From the human T2T-CHM13v2.0 reference genome, Homo sapiens: a DNA stretch of 64,000 bases. Numbering within the stretch: position 1 is the first letter of the stretch; each line of letters begins with the position of its first letter. The notes below the pieces were generated by a model. The model made no database searches. It was not told the DNA's origin and saw only the letters and a program-made list of their open reading frames with translations. Shown here one piece after another: positions 1 to 13,819 of the stretch. The DNA lies in assembly GCF_009914755.1 (NCBI RefSeq), contig NC_060927.1; one strand, written 5' to 3'. The position numbers and the translations under genes were made by a program.

Positions 1-1577
1 GATTCAATGCTATTCCCATCAAGTTACCATTGACTTTCTACACAGAATTGGAAAAAACTACTTTAAATTTCATATGGAACCAAAAGAGAGACCATATAGC
101 CAAGACAATCCTAAGCAAAAAGAACAAAGCTGGAGGCATTACACTATCTGACTTCAAACTATACTACAAGGCTACGGTAAGCAAAACAGCATGATACATG
201 TACCAAAACAGATATATAGACCAATGGAACAGAACAGAGGCCTCAGAAATAACACCACACATCGACAACCACCTGATCTTTGACAAACCCGACAAAAACA
301 AGCAATGGGGAAATAATTCCCTATTTAATAAATGGTGTTGGGAAAACTGGCTAGGCATATGCAGAAAACTGAAACTGGACCCCTTCCTTACACCTTTTAC
401 AATAATTAACTCAAGATGGATTAAACATTTAAACCTAAGACCTAAAACCGTAAAAAATCCTAGAAGAAAACCTAGGCAATACCATTCAGGACTTAGGCAT
501 GTGCAAAGACTTCATGACTAAAACACCAAATGCAAGGGAAACAAAAGCCAAAATTGACAAATGGGATCTAATTAAACTAAAGAGCTTCTGTGCAGCAAAA
601 GAAACTATCATCAGAGTGAACCAGCAACCAACAGAATGGGAGAAATGTTTTGCAATCTATGCATTTGAAAAAGGGCTAATATCTGGAATCTACAAGGAAC
701 TTAAACAAATTTACAAGAAAAAAAAACACATCAAAAAGTGGGTGAAGGATGTGAACAGACACTTTTCAAAAGAAGACATTTATGTGGCCAAAAAACATGA
801 AAAAAATCTCATCATCACTGGTCATTAGAAAAATGCAAATCAAAACCACAATGGGATGCCGTCTCACACCAGTTAGAATGGCGATCATTAAAAAGTCAGG
901 AAACAACAGATGCTGGAGAGGATTTGGAGAAATAGGAACGCTTTTTACACTGTTGGTGGAAGTGTAAATAGTTCAACCATTGTGGAAGACAGTGTGGTGA
1001 TTCCTCAAGGATCTGGAACTAGAAATATCATTTAACCCAGCAATCCCATTACTGGGTATGTACCCAAAGGATTATAAATCATTCTAGTATAAAAACACAT
1101 GCACAAGTATGTTTATTGTGGCACTATTCACAATAGCAAAGACTTGGAACCAACTCAAATGCCCATCAATGATAGACTGGATAAAGAAAATTTGGCGCAT
1201 ATACACCATGGAATACTACACAGCATAAAAAAGAATGAGTTCATGTCTTTTGCAGGGACATGGATGAAGCTGTAAACCATCATTCTCAGCAAACTAACAC
1301 AGGAACAGAAAACTAAACACTGCATGTTCTCACGGGAGTTGAACAATGAGAACATATGGGCACAGAGAAGGGAACATCACACACCAGGGCCTGTCAGGGG
1401 GTGGAGGGCAAGGGGAGGTATAGCATTAGGAGAAATATCTAATGTAGATGACGGGTTGATGGATGCAGCAAACCACCATGGCACATGTATAACTATCTAA
1501 CAAACCTGCACGTTCTAAACATGTATCCTAGAACTTAAAGTATAATTAAAAAAAAGAAAGAAAAACAAAGAAAAAAA
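1..1577 (+). mobile_element. LINE-1 3' portion (ORF2 C-terminus, 3' UTR, A-rich tail), L1PA7/L1PA8-like, continues beyond window start
   Basis: ORF fragments match L1 ORF2p ([32 protein letters not shown]) with frameshifts; 3' UTR ...ACCACCATGGCAC...GAACTTAAAGTATAATT and A-rich tail to ~1577. Confidence 0.95.
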
Positions 1578-2664
1578 GGCCTTGTAAAATTGTCCAGGAT
1601 TGTTGTAATAGAAAAGTTGGAGAATGCTTTTCTTCATACTTTATGTAAGGGTAAAATTAAGGTCTTTCAAATCAACACTTCATTTAGCTTTTGCACCTCT
1701 ATAAAGAAGAGTAGTGCGGAAACATACGGAACCATTACTATGGAATGTATCCACAATTATATATGTTGCTAGTGAACTCTCACTAGCTGCTTAGGTATCA
1801 ACAGCTAATGTAAACTTCATCATAGATGCTCTTTGTAACATTAATTGTAATGTCTTTTAGAAAGGGTTGAAGAAAATTAGCAAAATTCAATAAAAATAAA
1901 ATTAGGTAAAATTTAAATGTAAGTGTGTACTACCATTCAGTTAAATGTTTGAGGTTGAAATTAATGCATCGATTATTTAGAGTATATCTAATTCTAAACT
2001 AATTGAAATGAATAATTTTGTCCTCTTTCCAGAAGCAACTTTTTAATCACAGCTAATTTTGGTTAAAGTTTTGTTGTATATGTTAACAACACCCAAAACA
2101 TTGCTTATTTTTACATGAGATTTTTTTCAGCTATGATTTATTACCCTCCAGAAAAATGTGTTTGTGTGTACACCTTTTTTGTCATAGGATAGTACTTCAT
2201 AAAGATCTCTATCACAGCAGTTTTAAGCTTTAATAGTTTGTCTTTACTTGACCTCCTCCACATGGGTTAATCATGTAAGTCTTTTCATTTCACACATGGC
2301 TAGAGTTAGCTGCACTCCATGAAACTGTGAGTTGTATTCCTTTGGCATGTCTATCTTGACCTTTGATATAAGCTAATGTTACATTAAAGTCCACAGGATT
2401 AATTTAATTGAATTTTGTTTAAGAGTGTTGGAGCATTGTATCTTTGTATTAGTTTGCTACACTGCCATAATAAAGGACCATAAACTGAGTGGCTTACACA
2501 ACAGAAAGTTAGTTTCTTATAATTTTGGGAGCCAGAAATTCGAGATCAAAGTGTTGGCAGGATAGGTTTCTTCTTCAACCTGTCTCTTTGGCTTGTAGGT
2601 GGCTCTCTTCTTCTTCCTGTGTCTTCATAGGTTCATCGTTTGTGCATATTGGTGTCCTAGTCTC

Positions 2665-2926
2665 TTCTTTTTCTTTTTTTGAGATACGGTCTTGCTCTGC
2701 CACCCAGGCTGGAGTTCAGTAGTGTGTGATCTCTGCTCACTGCAACCTCTATCTCCTGGGTTCAAGCCATCCTCCCACCTCAGCCTCCCAAGTAGCTGGG
2801 ACTGCAGGTGTGTGCCACCATATTTGGCTAATTTGTGTATTTTTTTGTAGAGACAGGGTTTTGCCATGTTGCCAAGGTTGGTCTTGAACTCCTGGGCTCA
2901 AGCAATCCACCTGTCTTGGCTTCTCA
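2665..2926 (-). mobile_element. AluJ, 5'-truncated
   Basis: T-tail, two Alu arms, CCTGGGCTCAAGCAATCC; degenerate TSD CCTAGTCTCTTCTT / CCTACCTCTTCTT. Confidence 0.9.
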
Positions 2927-3004
2927 CCTACCTCTTCTTATAAGGACACCAGTCATTTTGAATTAGGACACACCCTAATGGCTACATTTTAACTTAATTA
3001 GGTC

Positions 3005-3160
3005 TCTTTTTCTCTCTCTCTCTCTCTTGCTCTTCCTTTTTTAGAGACTAGGGCTTGCTCTGTTGCTCAAGCTGGATACGAATTCCTGGGCTCAAACAAT
3101 TCTCACACTTCAGCCTCCTGAGTATCTGGGGCTACAGGTTCACACCACACTGTGTCAGGG
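3005..3160 (-). mobile_element. Free left Alu monomer (FLAM-like) with CT-rich tail
   Basis: Single monomer TTAGAGACTAGGGCTTGCTCTGTTGCTCAAGCTGG...CCTGGGCTCAAACAATTCTC; flanked by TAATTA on both sides. Confidence 0.75.
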
Positions 3161-4667
3161 TCCTAATTACCTCTTAAACGACCTTGTCTCAAAGTGCAGT
3201 CACATTCTCAGGTATGTGAGAGTTGAAGTTCTGGGAGTCACAACTTCAACATATGAATTTTGAGAGAACACAATTTAGCCCATGTCAGTCTTACTAATGC
3301 CTATCAGCAAATTGTTAGTTACATGGAATTAAAAACAAACCACTTGATTTTTGCCATAATTTCTTTTAGTAAAAAATATCAATAAATGCTTCCTTTGGTG
3401 AGAAAAAAAGGTATATTAGATTTATTGTGGAAAAAGATGATCTTTATGGCACCTCTTAGTTCTGAAATTCTATCGTTTTACTATCTCTGTGTGCAATTCT
3501 TCTTACCTTTCTCTGCCTCCCATAATTTCACAAGATTGGTTTTTAAATGTTAATATTTGGGAATGTAAATAAGGAAACATTACATTTGAAAAATATGATT
3601 AGGACAACTGAGCTTTTATGATTTATAAAAAATTATAACAACCAATATTTGTGAATTAGTAGAAAATATTTAATAAAAGATTTGCTTATGTGGTTGGATA
3701 AACATGTATTACTTCAATTTTTAAAATATTTTAGCTTACTGAAAGTTACCTAACATGATTTATCAGCATTGTTAAATTCTAAGGGAAAAAACAGCAAGAG
3801 AGAAAGTACTTAAAGTACATTTAATGCTGATTTGAAAGTAATTTTATTATTCTTTAATAATTTAAAAGCCACTTTAGGATCATTGCCTCGATGGAAAAAT
3901 AATAGTTATTTTTGAGTTTTTAATAAAAGGAACAGAGATGTCTATTGTTTATTGAATTTATCTTTAGTATTTTTAACATATCATTTAATATGTTAAAAAT
4001 ATGAAGGGCATTATTCTCTCCATTTTATACAAGAGAAATACTGGGGCTCATTTAAACATGTAAGAAGACAAAGGTAGGTAAATTATGAAGCTAGGAAGTG
4101 ACAAAACTGACGTTCTAGACAAGGTTCACTTGTCTTCAAAATCGGTTCCTTTAACTATTTTGCTGCAGTAGAAACTATGGTTACTAGAACTTGCTGTGTG
4201 TTGAAAGAAAAGTTCCAAGAACATTCAGGTCAGATGTGGGATAACATAGAGGCCTACTCCCACAGGATGATGTGATCAGGACCTAGAATATAGCAATATT
4301 GCCAGGTGTGGCAAGAATGAGCATGATCAACAAGAGATTCAAGTATAGATACATGACATACTTAGGATGTTTGAGAAAGGGTAAAGACTGAGAAGACAAA
4401 TCACAACTTTGATCCTGATTGATGTGCTGTTGTGTTGAAGAATTGTGCAAGTTAATATTTATACTGCAATCAAATTATTGACAATAGTATTCTCGAACCA
4501 TAGCCATTATAAACAAATTATCTTAATTTTCTATCATGGGCACATGGAGCAAAAACATCATGAGGAAATGATATCTAGAGTTATATGATCACTGTCAGCT
4601 CTCAGCAGTTGAGCAACACTAACTGAGAAAAATTTGGAGGGAACATAAACATTCAGTCCATGACACT

Positions 4668-5705
4668 ATCTTAATCAATTTTATGTATATAGTTCGGTAC
4701 TGGTAAGTATTCACATTGTTGTGTAATAGAGCATCAGAACTTTTTCATCTGGCAAAACTAAAACTCAATACCCACTAAACACTAAACAACTCTTCATTTT
4801 CCCCCCTCCCTACCCCTGGTAACTATCATTCTACTTTTTATTTCTATGAATTTGACCACTTTAGATACCTTATACAAATGGAATTACAAATGGAATCATA
4901 CAATAATTATCTTTTTGCAACTGTTTCACTTAGCATAATGTACTTGTCTTAGTCCATTTGTGCTGCTATAACAGATACCACAGACTGGATAATTTATTTT
5001 TAAAAATATATGTTTTTCTTATTTCTGACAGTTTTTGAGGCTGGCAAGTCCAAGATAAAGGGGCTGAAATCTGGCACACCTTCTTGTTGCATCATCCCAT
5101 GGTGAAAGGTGGAAGGGCAAGAGAGTAGATATATGGGAAAGAAAAGAGGGCCAAACTCATCCTTTTATAAGAAATCCACTTCCATGATAATGAACCCATT
5201 CCTCTGAGGAGGGCAGAACCCTGCAGCCTAATCACCTCTCATTCAGCCCCACCTCCCAACACTGTTGCATTGGAAATTATCCAACACGTGCATTTTGGAG
5301 GACATATTCAATCCATAGCAAGGCTCAAGTTTCATCCATGTTATAGAATGTGACAGAATTTCTCTACTGTTCAAAACCTGAATCATATTGTGTTGTACAC
5401 GTATACCTCTTTTTGTTTATTTGCTCATCCATCAATGAATACTTGAGTTGCGTCCCCCTTTTGGCTATTGTGACTAATGCTGCTATGGATGTGGTCTGGC
5501 AAATATCTCTTAGAGACCAATTTCAGCTCTTTGGGGTATATATCATGAAAGGGGATTGCTGGATCACATGGTAGTTCTATTTTTAATTTTTTGAGGAAAC
5601 ACTATACTATTTTCCTCAGTGGATAACATCATCTTACATTCCCATCAGTAGTGCACAGGGACTTTAATTTCTCTACATTCTTGCCAATACTCATTATTTT
5701 CTGCT
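4668..5705 (-). mobile_element. Old L1M (L1MA/L1MB) 3' end, split by an MST LTR
   Basis: L1M 3' UTR motifs (TTTCACTTAGCATAATG | CAAGTTTCATCCATGTT; GGATCACATGGTAGTTCTATTTTTAATTTTTTGAGGAA) resume across the 4945-5320 insert. Confidence 0.8.
4945..5320 (-). mobile_element. MST-family MaLR solo LTR
   Basis: TGTCTTAGTCCATTTGTGCTGCTATAAC start, CCCCACCTCCCAACACTGTTGCATTGG, end ATTCAATCCATAGCA; 376 bp. Confidence 0.85.
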
Positions 5706-6859
5706 ACATATATTCTTAAATAAGGGTTTATAACATGCAACACCTTCTCTAAGGGGTTACCAAAAAAGTAACATGCAGTGTAATTTGCTAGAAACACTCT
5801 GGGTATCAGAAAGTTAATCCACCAGAAAAATGACTGTGCTATTTCATGTATGTGCAAGGCATAAATTATGTGCTATGATCTTAAGAGACTTGGATATCCT
5901 TGGATATTCAATTAAAAAACTGATCCATGAGAAATTAACATTGTGTGTCTGTCATTTTTGTGTGAATTTCAATTTTCTGTATCCCAAAGCATCATGAGAG
6001 CAGAGGAGTGAGTGAGAAGCATTATTTTGAAAACATTTTAAATAAATATCCTAGATTGAATGCTGAAAATCTCCTGTAACACTAAGATTTGTTTTTAGTG
6101 AATGTTCCAGAAAACTTTTGCCCAAACCTAGGACGGTTAGTGATGTGGGAAATGATAAATCTGACACATTTTTCCCGTTCTGAGGTAACTCTTTAAAATG
6201 AAATAAATAGTCATGGCAGCTTATGCCGACCTGTTTCCTTTATGCTTCCAAAATTTCTTTGTTTAGTGCCAAAGAAAAGAAAAGTTTAAGGCTAGTGATT
6301 AATGACTATGCTGTATGAAGTTACACAGCATAATTTATGGGGTACCTTATCATGCAAGCACCTCAAGCTTTTTTATAATAAAATGGAAAAGCATATAAAC
6401 ACAGAACTCATCCATAAATTAAAAATCCAATATTCAGTGTTAAATTAGTTGAAGCAATAATGCAAAGCTTTTTTCATAACCCAAATATAAGTTTTTCTTT
6501 AACCAAAACTTTCCACCCCTAATAGATGTCTTGTTTATTTTCTTAAATCTTCATTTTTATCTTGAGTTTTTCTTGAATTTTTCTCATATTTACAGAATTA
6601 AACTCTTATATTCTTACCATTTGAAGCTTGTTAAAACCTTATAATAGAACAAACATACTTAACCCACAGGCATACAAATTTGCTGTTAGCAAATTTTGTT
6701 CATTTTTCATTGCTGTAGCTTGAAAGATTTGCAGGTATACGGGGAGAAATTTACAGATTGTAGTTTTTTATGTTCTTTTATCTCCAGATTTAATGCCTTT
6801 AGATCTAATCATAATCTTGTTATAACATTTTAGGTTTGTATAAGCTTTTGCAGAATATT

Positions 6860-7040
6860 TTGCATTAATTTTATCTTTGCATCCTCACAATTATTCTATG
6901 AAGAAAGAAGGGCAAGAATTTTTACAGATCCATTTATAGATAAGGAAATAAAGTAAGAGGACAATTCAATGACATCCCCAATGTCACTCAGTAATTTAGT
7001 GGTAAAAGCAAGGCTGGTGTTCTTGGCTGCTCAGTCTGAT
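6860..7040 (-). mobile_element. MIR fragment
   Basis: ATCCTCACAA...CCATTTATAGATAAGGAAA...GTCACTCAG resembles the MIR core. Confidence 0.55.
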
Positions 7041-8492
7041 TTAATATGTGTCACATTGTATAATGTTCTAGACCACTCAGAAAATGTGACTGATTCAGAG
7101 GGATAATTTCCAATCATATGGATAGAGAAATACTACATTCCTCACATAACCATATTTAGATCATTTTTCTCTTGTTGCATCGGGCAAATGGTCTTCTATA
7201 ATAAAGTAATTTTTTGGTGTCCAACTTTATGGTCTGGATAATGACAAAGGGAGAGCATCTGCCTTCTTTGGTGCTGTAGTCTTTGCACATTGGAGTCCTA
7301 CAGCTTTTGAAGCTGACACAGGGACTGTAGGACACAGAGGTACTTATGTTGAATTATACTTTAAGTATGCAGTTTCCTTTTAAATGAGGTGGAAACTTCA
7401 TATGTATGTCAAAAATGTTACCAGGAGTTTGGAACAGAGGGAAAGCGCCATGTAAGATACGGTCTTTGCTCATTTGGAGAAGATGAAACCATACAGAGAA
7501 GCCATGATGAAAACCTTTGGGCACAGAATAGGGGACGACTCATTCTGTATCAATAAACACAGGTTATTTCTTACAGCAGGGCATTGTCTCTTTCATACCA
7601 TGGGATATCATAGATTGGAAGTGAGAAGCTGGGAGTGGGAGAGAGACTATTTCGCTGTTCTCATACCCGGAACACAGGAAAATCAAGCTTTCCCTTCCCT
7701 ATGCACACTGTGCTTGAAAAGATTGCCAGTGGCCATCATATTGCCAGACTGATGGGCAATTATCAGTCCTCCTTTTACACAACTTATTAGTAGCATTTTA
7801 CACAGTTGCTTATTCAATCTCCCGGGAAAATTTTATTTCATTTAGCCTCCAGAATACCATTATCTCTTGGTTATTTTTCTCTCTCAATCTCCTGGTGGGA
7901 ATTCTGCTCATTGTTCTGATCCCTATTCATTACGATGATTTGGCAATCAAACTTTCAATATCTATTCTTCTTTTTCAACACCATTTTTCTAGGCGACCCC
8001 TTCCAGTCCTATGGAAAACATTACCATTTGCATGCTGGTGACTTTCAAACTTGTATCTCTAGACAGCCATCTCCCCAGGCAAATAAAAGTGCTCAACATA
8101 TGTTTGTTAGATGAATCGTGGGATGAATAAAATAAATGGCAAATGTGACTATAAAATATGTGAGTATAATTAAACTCATTAAATGTAAGAAACAAGTAGG
8201 TTTTACCATCTGAAGAAATACAGATCAAAACTTAGAAGGGCATGAAAAATCAGGTCTATTTAACACTAATTGATGACTATAAAACAAAAAGTAAATAGCA
8301 TTTATTTTGCCAGTTTATTATGGCTTGTAAACCATAAAGTGGAAGAAAATTAACTAGAACTATAATTGTCTTCAACAAGTGATTGCACAGAAGCCAGCCA
8401 TGGTTGCCTAGGACATTAAGCCACTCTCCATCATGTAATGAATGATAAAACAAATAATCGGATGTACAAACTAACTTTGCTACAGAAGAGAG

Positions 8493-8497
<5 letters not shown>

Positions 8498-8562
<65 letters not shown>
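8498..8562. repeat. Compound microsatellite (CT)n(AT)n
   Basis: Directly visible dinucleotide runs. Confidence 0.97.
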
Positions 8563-8564
<2 letters not shown>

Positions 8565-9568
8565 AGAGTAAGTGTTGTTCATATGGTTCAATAAACAAGC
8601 AAAGTAAAGGGGCCTCAGGACATGACATGGGGTATGTGGCCCACAGTGTGGCACACATTGGTGTTGTCTATCTGACTAAAGACAAGGTGGGAAAGCAAAT
8701 GTCTTGGGGCATGCTAACAGTGGGGCATAGTCAGAGCTTGTTCATCTCAGTGCAGGTCCGAATTCAATTATTACTTCTGAAGACTTTATAAAACCAATTT
8801 GCAATGCTAGGCTAATATCCTGTCAGTGTGAGATTTTTGCATGCAATCATTGTTTTAGCTCTGTTCTCCATGACTTTATTATTTGTCAAATTAATTTTTC
8901 CGCTGCATCTTCAAACGGGTTAGTGAATTAGTTTACTTGTTTCTTTGGTTTACTTGGTCTTGCTCTATACAACATTTTCTGCCTTTTGTTGTAGAGAGGT
9001 AAGAATTCCCCAAAAAGGCAAGCATGTTTCTCAGGGTGCAACTCCTCTTCCTATTTCCTCCCTAATATTTTCTGAAAACTAGCATCACTTCTGGTTATAT
9101 TTGGAAATCAATCTATTGAATACCTTTGCAGCTGTGCTCTTGTCCAAGGTCTCAAAAGATGCCTTTTTCATGGGGAGAACAATGTAGATGCAAACAATAT
9201 CAGTTATTCTTCACGAATGCTGCTACATTTTGAACTAAATACTTAAAAGTCTGCAAAGCCATTTTTTATATTTACCAATCAATCCCCTCTATATCCTTTG
9301 TAGGCATTTTGCCTCACTTTCAAATATGTACCCAAGCAGTGTGTATTTTATGGTCGACTCCTATAGAATTGTAAATCGGCACTTAGGTCTCCCTGGGGTG
9401 TAGGGGCAGACGTGTGCATCAGATTTTTAATGCATGTTCACACTCCGTTTCAAAAGAAAACACATCCAAATATTTGGACCTATGGGTTCTAGCTAGGCTA
9501 ACCTTGTCCTCTTTCTTTTTTAGGCATTGATTGTGCTTTTGCCATTAATTTTCTTTAAAATTCTACTT

Positions 9569-9742
9569 CATTGGTTTCCAAAGTGTGCTGCACATTAGAA
9601 TCACCTGGAGATCACTAAAAATTCTTGATGCTTGGCACCCACTCCCAGATATGATTCAATTGGTATGGGGTGAGAGCTAAGCATTGGGACTTTTAAGGCT
9701 CCCAGGTGATTCTAATAGGCAGCCAACCCTGAGAATCATCAT
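9569..9742. mobile_element. MER5-family hAT-Charlie MITE
   Basis: Inverted motifs ATTAGAATCACCTGG ... CCAGGTGATTCTAAT in a ~175-bp palindromic element. Confidence 0.8.
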
Positions 9743-9788
9743 TCTACTTTGTTGCTTTATGTAGGGCTAGTTATGAATAACAAAATGA

Positions 9789-10092
9789 GGCCGGGCGCGG
9801 TGGCTCATGCCTGTAATCCCAGCACTTTGGGAGGCTGAGGTGGGTGGATCGTGAGGTCAGGAGATCGAGACCATCCTGGCCAACATGGTGAAACCGCTTC
9901 TCTACTAAAAACACAAAAAAAATTAGCTGGGCGTGGTGGTGCGTGCCTGTAATCCCAGCTACTTTGGAGCCTGAAGCAGGAGAATTGCTTGAGTCAGGAG
10001 TTGGAGGTTGCAGTGAGCCGAGATCGCACCGCTGCACTCCAGCCTGGCGACAGAGCAAGACTCTGTCTCAAAATAAATAAATAAATAAAAAT
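9789..10092 (+). mobile_element. AluS (AluSc-like), full length
   Basis: GGCCGGGCGCGGTGGCTCA start, GAGATCGAGACCATCCTGGCCAACATGG, CCTGGCGACAGAG, (AAAT)n tail. Confidence 0.95.
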
Positions 10093-10267
10093 AAGAAATC
10101 ACCAGACATTCCCTGGTTTGGAGTCTTCTTGAAATCCTTGAAGTAAGATGAATCTTCATTCATATACCATAACCGAAAAGATGGGTTTTTCAAGTACTCT
10201 TCTAGCATGAAAATTACTTGGCTTTACAACATTTCAACATTGCCAGAAGCTTCCAGACGAGTGAAAC

Positions 10268-10677
10268 TTTCATGCGCATCTGTGTGAAGAGACCACCAAA
10301 CAGGCTTTGTGTGAGCAATAAAGCTTTAAATCACCTGGGTGCAGGTGGGCTGAGTCCGAAAAGAGAGTCAGCGAAGGGATATAAGGGTGGGGCCGTTTTA
10401 TAGGATTTGGGTAGATAAAGGAAAATTACAGTCAAAGGGGGTTGTTCTCTGGCAGGCAGAGTGGAGGTCACAAGGTGCTCAGTAGGGGAGCTTTTGAGCC
10501 AGGATGAACCAGGAGAAGGAATTTCACAAGACAATGTCATCAGTTAAGGCAGGAACAGGCCATTTTCACTTATTTTGTGGTGGAATGTCATCAGTTAAGG
10601 CAGGAACTGGCCATCTGGATGTGTACATGCAGGTCACAGGGAATATGATGGCTTAGCTTGAGCTCAGAGGCCTGACA
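10268..10677 (-). mobile_element. HERV-H 3' LTR (LTR7, type I)
   Basis: Minus strand TGTCAGGCCTCTGAG...GCGCATGAAA with two CCTTAACTGATGACATT repeats. Confidence 0.95.
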
Positions 10678-13468
10678 TTCCTGTCTTCTTATATTAATAA
10701 GAAAAATAAAATGAAATAGTGGTAAAGTGTTGGGACATTGAAAATTCTTGGGGGTGGTATGGAGAGATAATAGGCGATGTTTCTCAGGGCTGCTTCGAGC
10801 GGGATTAGGGGCGGCGTGGGAACCTAGAGTGGGAGAGATTAAGCTGAAGGAAGATTTTGTGGTAAGGGGTGATATTGTGGGACTGTTAGAAGAAACATTT
10901 GTCATTTAGAATTATTGGTGATGGCCTGGATACGGTTTTGTATGAATTGAAAAACTAAACGGAATAAGAGAAAGAGAAAAACAGGTATTAAAGGTCTAAG
11001 AATTGGGAGGACCTAGGACATCTAATTAGAGTGCATAAGGAGATTCAGCATAGTCCTGTCAGTAAAGATTATTTATTTACTTCAAGAGTTAAGAGTGGCA
11101 GTTTGGGGATAGCACCAGGAGATATCAGCTATGATGGCTTGGAGAAACAGTGTAAACTGGCAGTGTAAACAAGAGCAGGGCATGTATGAGTAGTTGAGAA
11201 CGGTGAATAGGAGTGTGACTAGACAGAAGATAGTAGGGATGACAAGTTTTTTGGGGCGCAGTCTAAGTTGGTCTGGTGTCTGGAATGAGACTGGGGCCAA
11301 ATAAAAAGGAGCATCTATACAGGAGCTCAAATGGGCTGTACCCTGTAGCATTCTGAGGACAGGTCTGACTTCTGAGAAGGGAAAGTGGTAAAAGTATTGT
11401 CCAGTCCTTTTTAAGTTGGTGGCTGAGCTCGGTGAGGTGTGTTTTTAAAAGACCTTTAGTCCGTTTTACTTTTCCTAAAGATGGAGGACCGTAAGGGATA
11501 TAAAGGTTTCACTGAATACTAAGAGCCTGAAAAACTGCTTGGCTGATTTGACTAATAAAGGCTGGTCTGTTATCAGACTGTATAGAGGTGGGAATGCTAA
11601 ACTGAGGAATTATGTCTGACAGAAGGGAAGAAATGACTGCGGTGGCCTTCTCAGACCCTGTAGGAAAGGCCTGTACCTATCCAGTGAAAGTGTCTACCTA
11701 GACTAAGAGGTATTTTAGTTATCTGACTCAGGGCATGTTGAGTAAAGCTAATTTGCCAGTCCTGGGTGGGGGCAAATCCTTGAGCTTGATGTGTAGGGAA
11801 GGGAGGGGGCCTGAATAATCCTTAAGGAGTAGTAGAATAGCAGATGGAACACTGAGAAGTTATTTACTTGAGGATAGATTTCCACAATGGAAAGAAAATG
11901 AGAGGTTCTAAGAGGCGGGCTAGTGGCTTGTACTATAGCATAGCCTGCTTTGCTGGTGTGTGGCGATTAGACCTGGTAGAACTGCCATCAATAAATCAAG
12001 CATGATCAGGGTGAGGGACAGGAAAGAAGGAAATATGGGGAAATGGGGTGAATGTCAGGTGGATCAGACAGATACAGTCATGAGAATCAGGTGTGGTATC
12101 CAGAATAATGTGGGAGGCCGGATTGAAGTCCTGGCCAGGAACAATGGTAATTGTGGGACTTAACAAAGAGTGAGTACAGCTGAAGGAGCCAGGGAGCAGA
12201 AAGTATATGCATCAGATATGAGGAAGAAAATAGATTTTCGAAGTTATGAGAAATGTAGAGAATGAGTTGAGCATAGTTTGTGATTTTTAGGGCCTCTAAA
12301 AGTATTAAAGCAGTGGCAACTGCTGCACGCAGACATGAGGGCTAGGCTAAAACAGTAAGGTCAAGTTATTTGGACAGAAAGGCTACAGGGTGTGGTCCTG
12401 GCTCTTGTGTAAGAATTCTGACCACACTAACCATGCCTAGGAGGAAAAGGAGTTGTTGTTTTGTAAGGGATTGAGGTTTGGGAGATTAATTGGACACGAT
12501 CAGCAGGGAGAGCATGTGTGTTTTTATGAGCATTATCCTGAGATAGGTAACAGATGAGGATGAAATTTGGGCTTGACTGAAGTAATGGGGGCTATCTGTG
12601 AAGCCTTGTGGCAGTACAGCCCAGGTAATTTGCTGAGCCGAATGGGTGTCAGGGTCAGTCTAAGTGAAAGTGAAGAGATGCTGGAATGAAGGGTGCAAAG
12701 GAATAGTAAAGAAAGCATGTTTGAGATCTAGAACAGAATAATGGGTTGTAGAGGGAGGTACTGAGGACAGGAGAGTATATGGGTTTGGCACCATGGGGTG
12801 GATAGGCAAAACAATTTTGTTGATAAGGCGCAGATCCTGAACTAACCTGTAAGCCTTTTCTGGTTTTAGGACAGGTAAAATGGGGGAATGGTAAGGAGAG
12901 TTTATAGGCTTTAAAAGGCCATGCTGTAACAGGCAAGTGATAACAGGCTTTAATCTTTGTAAAGCATGCTATGGGATGGGATACTGACATTGAGCAGGGT
13001 AAGCGTGATTAGGTTTTAATGGGATGGTAAGGGGTGCATGATCGGTCGCTAAGGAGGGAGTAGAGGTGTCTTATACTTGTGGGTTAAGGTGGGGAGATAC
13101 AAGGGGAGGACGTGAAGGAGGCTTTGAACTGGGGGAAAAGGTGGCAATGAGGTGTGGCTGTAGCCTAGGAATAGTCAGGGAAGCAGATAATTTGGTTAAA
13201 GCGTCTCAGCCTAATAAGGGAACTGGGCAGGTGGGGATAACTAAAAAGAAGTGCTTAAAAGAGTATTCTCTAAGTTGGCACTAGAGTTGGGGAGTTTTAA
13301 GAGGTTTAGAAGCCTGGCCGTCAATACCCACAACAGTTATGGAGGCAAGGGAAACAGGCCCTTGAAAAGAAGGTAATTTGGAGTGGGTAGCCTCCATATT
13401 GACTAAGAAGGGGATGGACTTAGAGTGTCTGTGATGGTCCTGTAGGCTTCCAAGGTGATCGGGCAGTG

Positions 13469-13819
13469 TCAGTCTTCAGCTGCTAAGCCGAGAAGATCTG
13501 GGAAGGAGTCAGTCAGAGAGCCTTGGGCCAGAGTTCCAGGGGATCTGGGAGTGGTTGCCAAGTGAGTTGAACCGTCCGATTTCCAGTGGGGTCTTGCACA
13601 GATGGGACATGGCTTAGCAGGAATCCTGGGCTGCAGGCATTCCTTGGTCTGGTGGTCAGATTTCTGGCACTTGTAGCAAGCTTCTAGGGGAGGAGGTTCT
13701 GGAGGAATGCCTGGCCACTGCAGTTCAGGCGTTTGGAAGTTCTTGTATGCTGGAGATGTGGCTGGGGTTTGTCTCACAGTGGAGGCAAGGAATTGCAACT
13801 TTTTTCTATTATTGTACAC
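13469..13819 (-). pseudogene. gag: HERV-H gag remnant, nucleocapsid region
   Basis: CYKCQKSDHQTKEC is a CX2CX4HX4C knuckle; second knuckle CPICARPHWKSDG has lost its last Cys; upstream gag is disrupted. Confidence 0.85.

Larger units (their letters stand above)
2445..3287 (-). mobile_element. MaLR solo LTR (MLT1A/MLT1B-like) interrupted by an AluJ and a FLAM
   Basis: Begins TGTATTAGTTTGCT, contains TATAAGGACACCAGTCAT and ends ACTTCAACATATGAATTTT...CACAATTTAGCCCATGTCA, typical of reverse-oriented MLT1. Confidence 0.8.

Noticed and set aside
8280-8450. Homeobox-like (TTTATTA, CCATAAA) and half X-box (GTTGCCTAGG) motifs
   Set aside because: Short motifs expected in AT-rich DNA; no independent support
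8277-8791. ORFs with YIYI/ERER/SLSL runs
   Set aside because: Translation of the (CT)n(AT)n microsatellite
9771-10159. Alu-antisense ORFs (also 2625, 36242, 45696, 55771, 61378)
   Set aside because: Typical Alu translations, not genes
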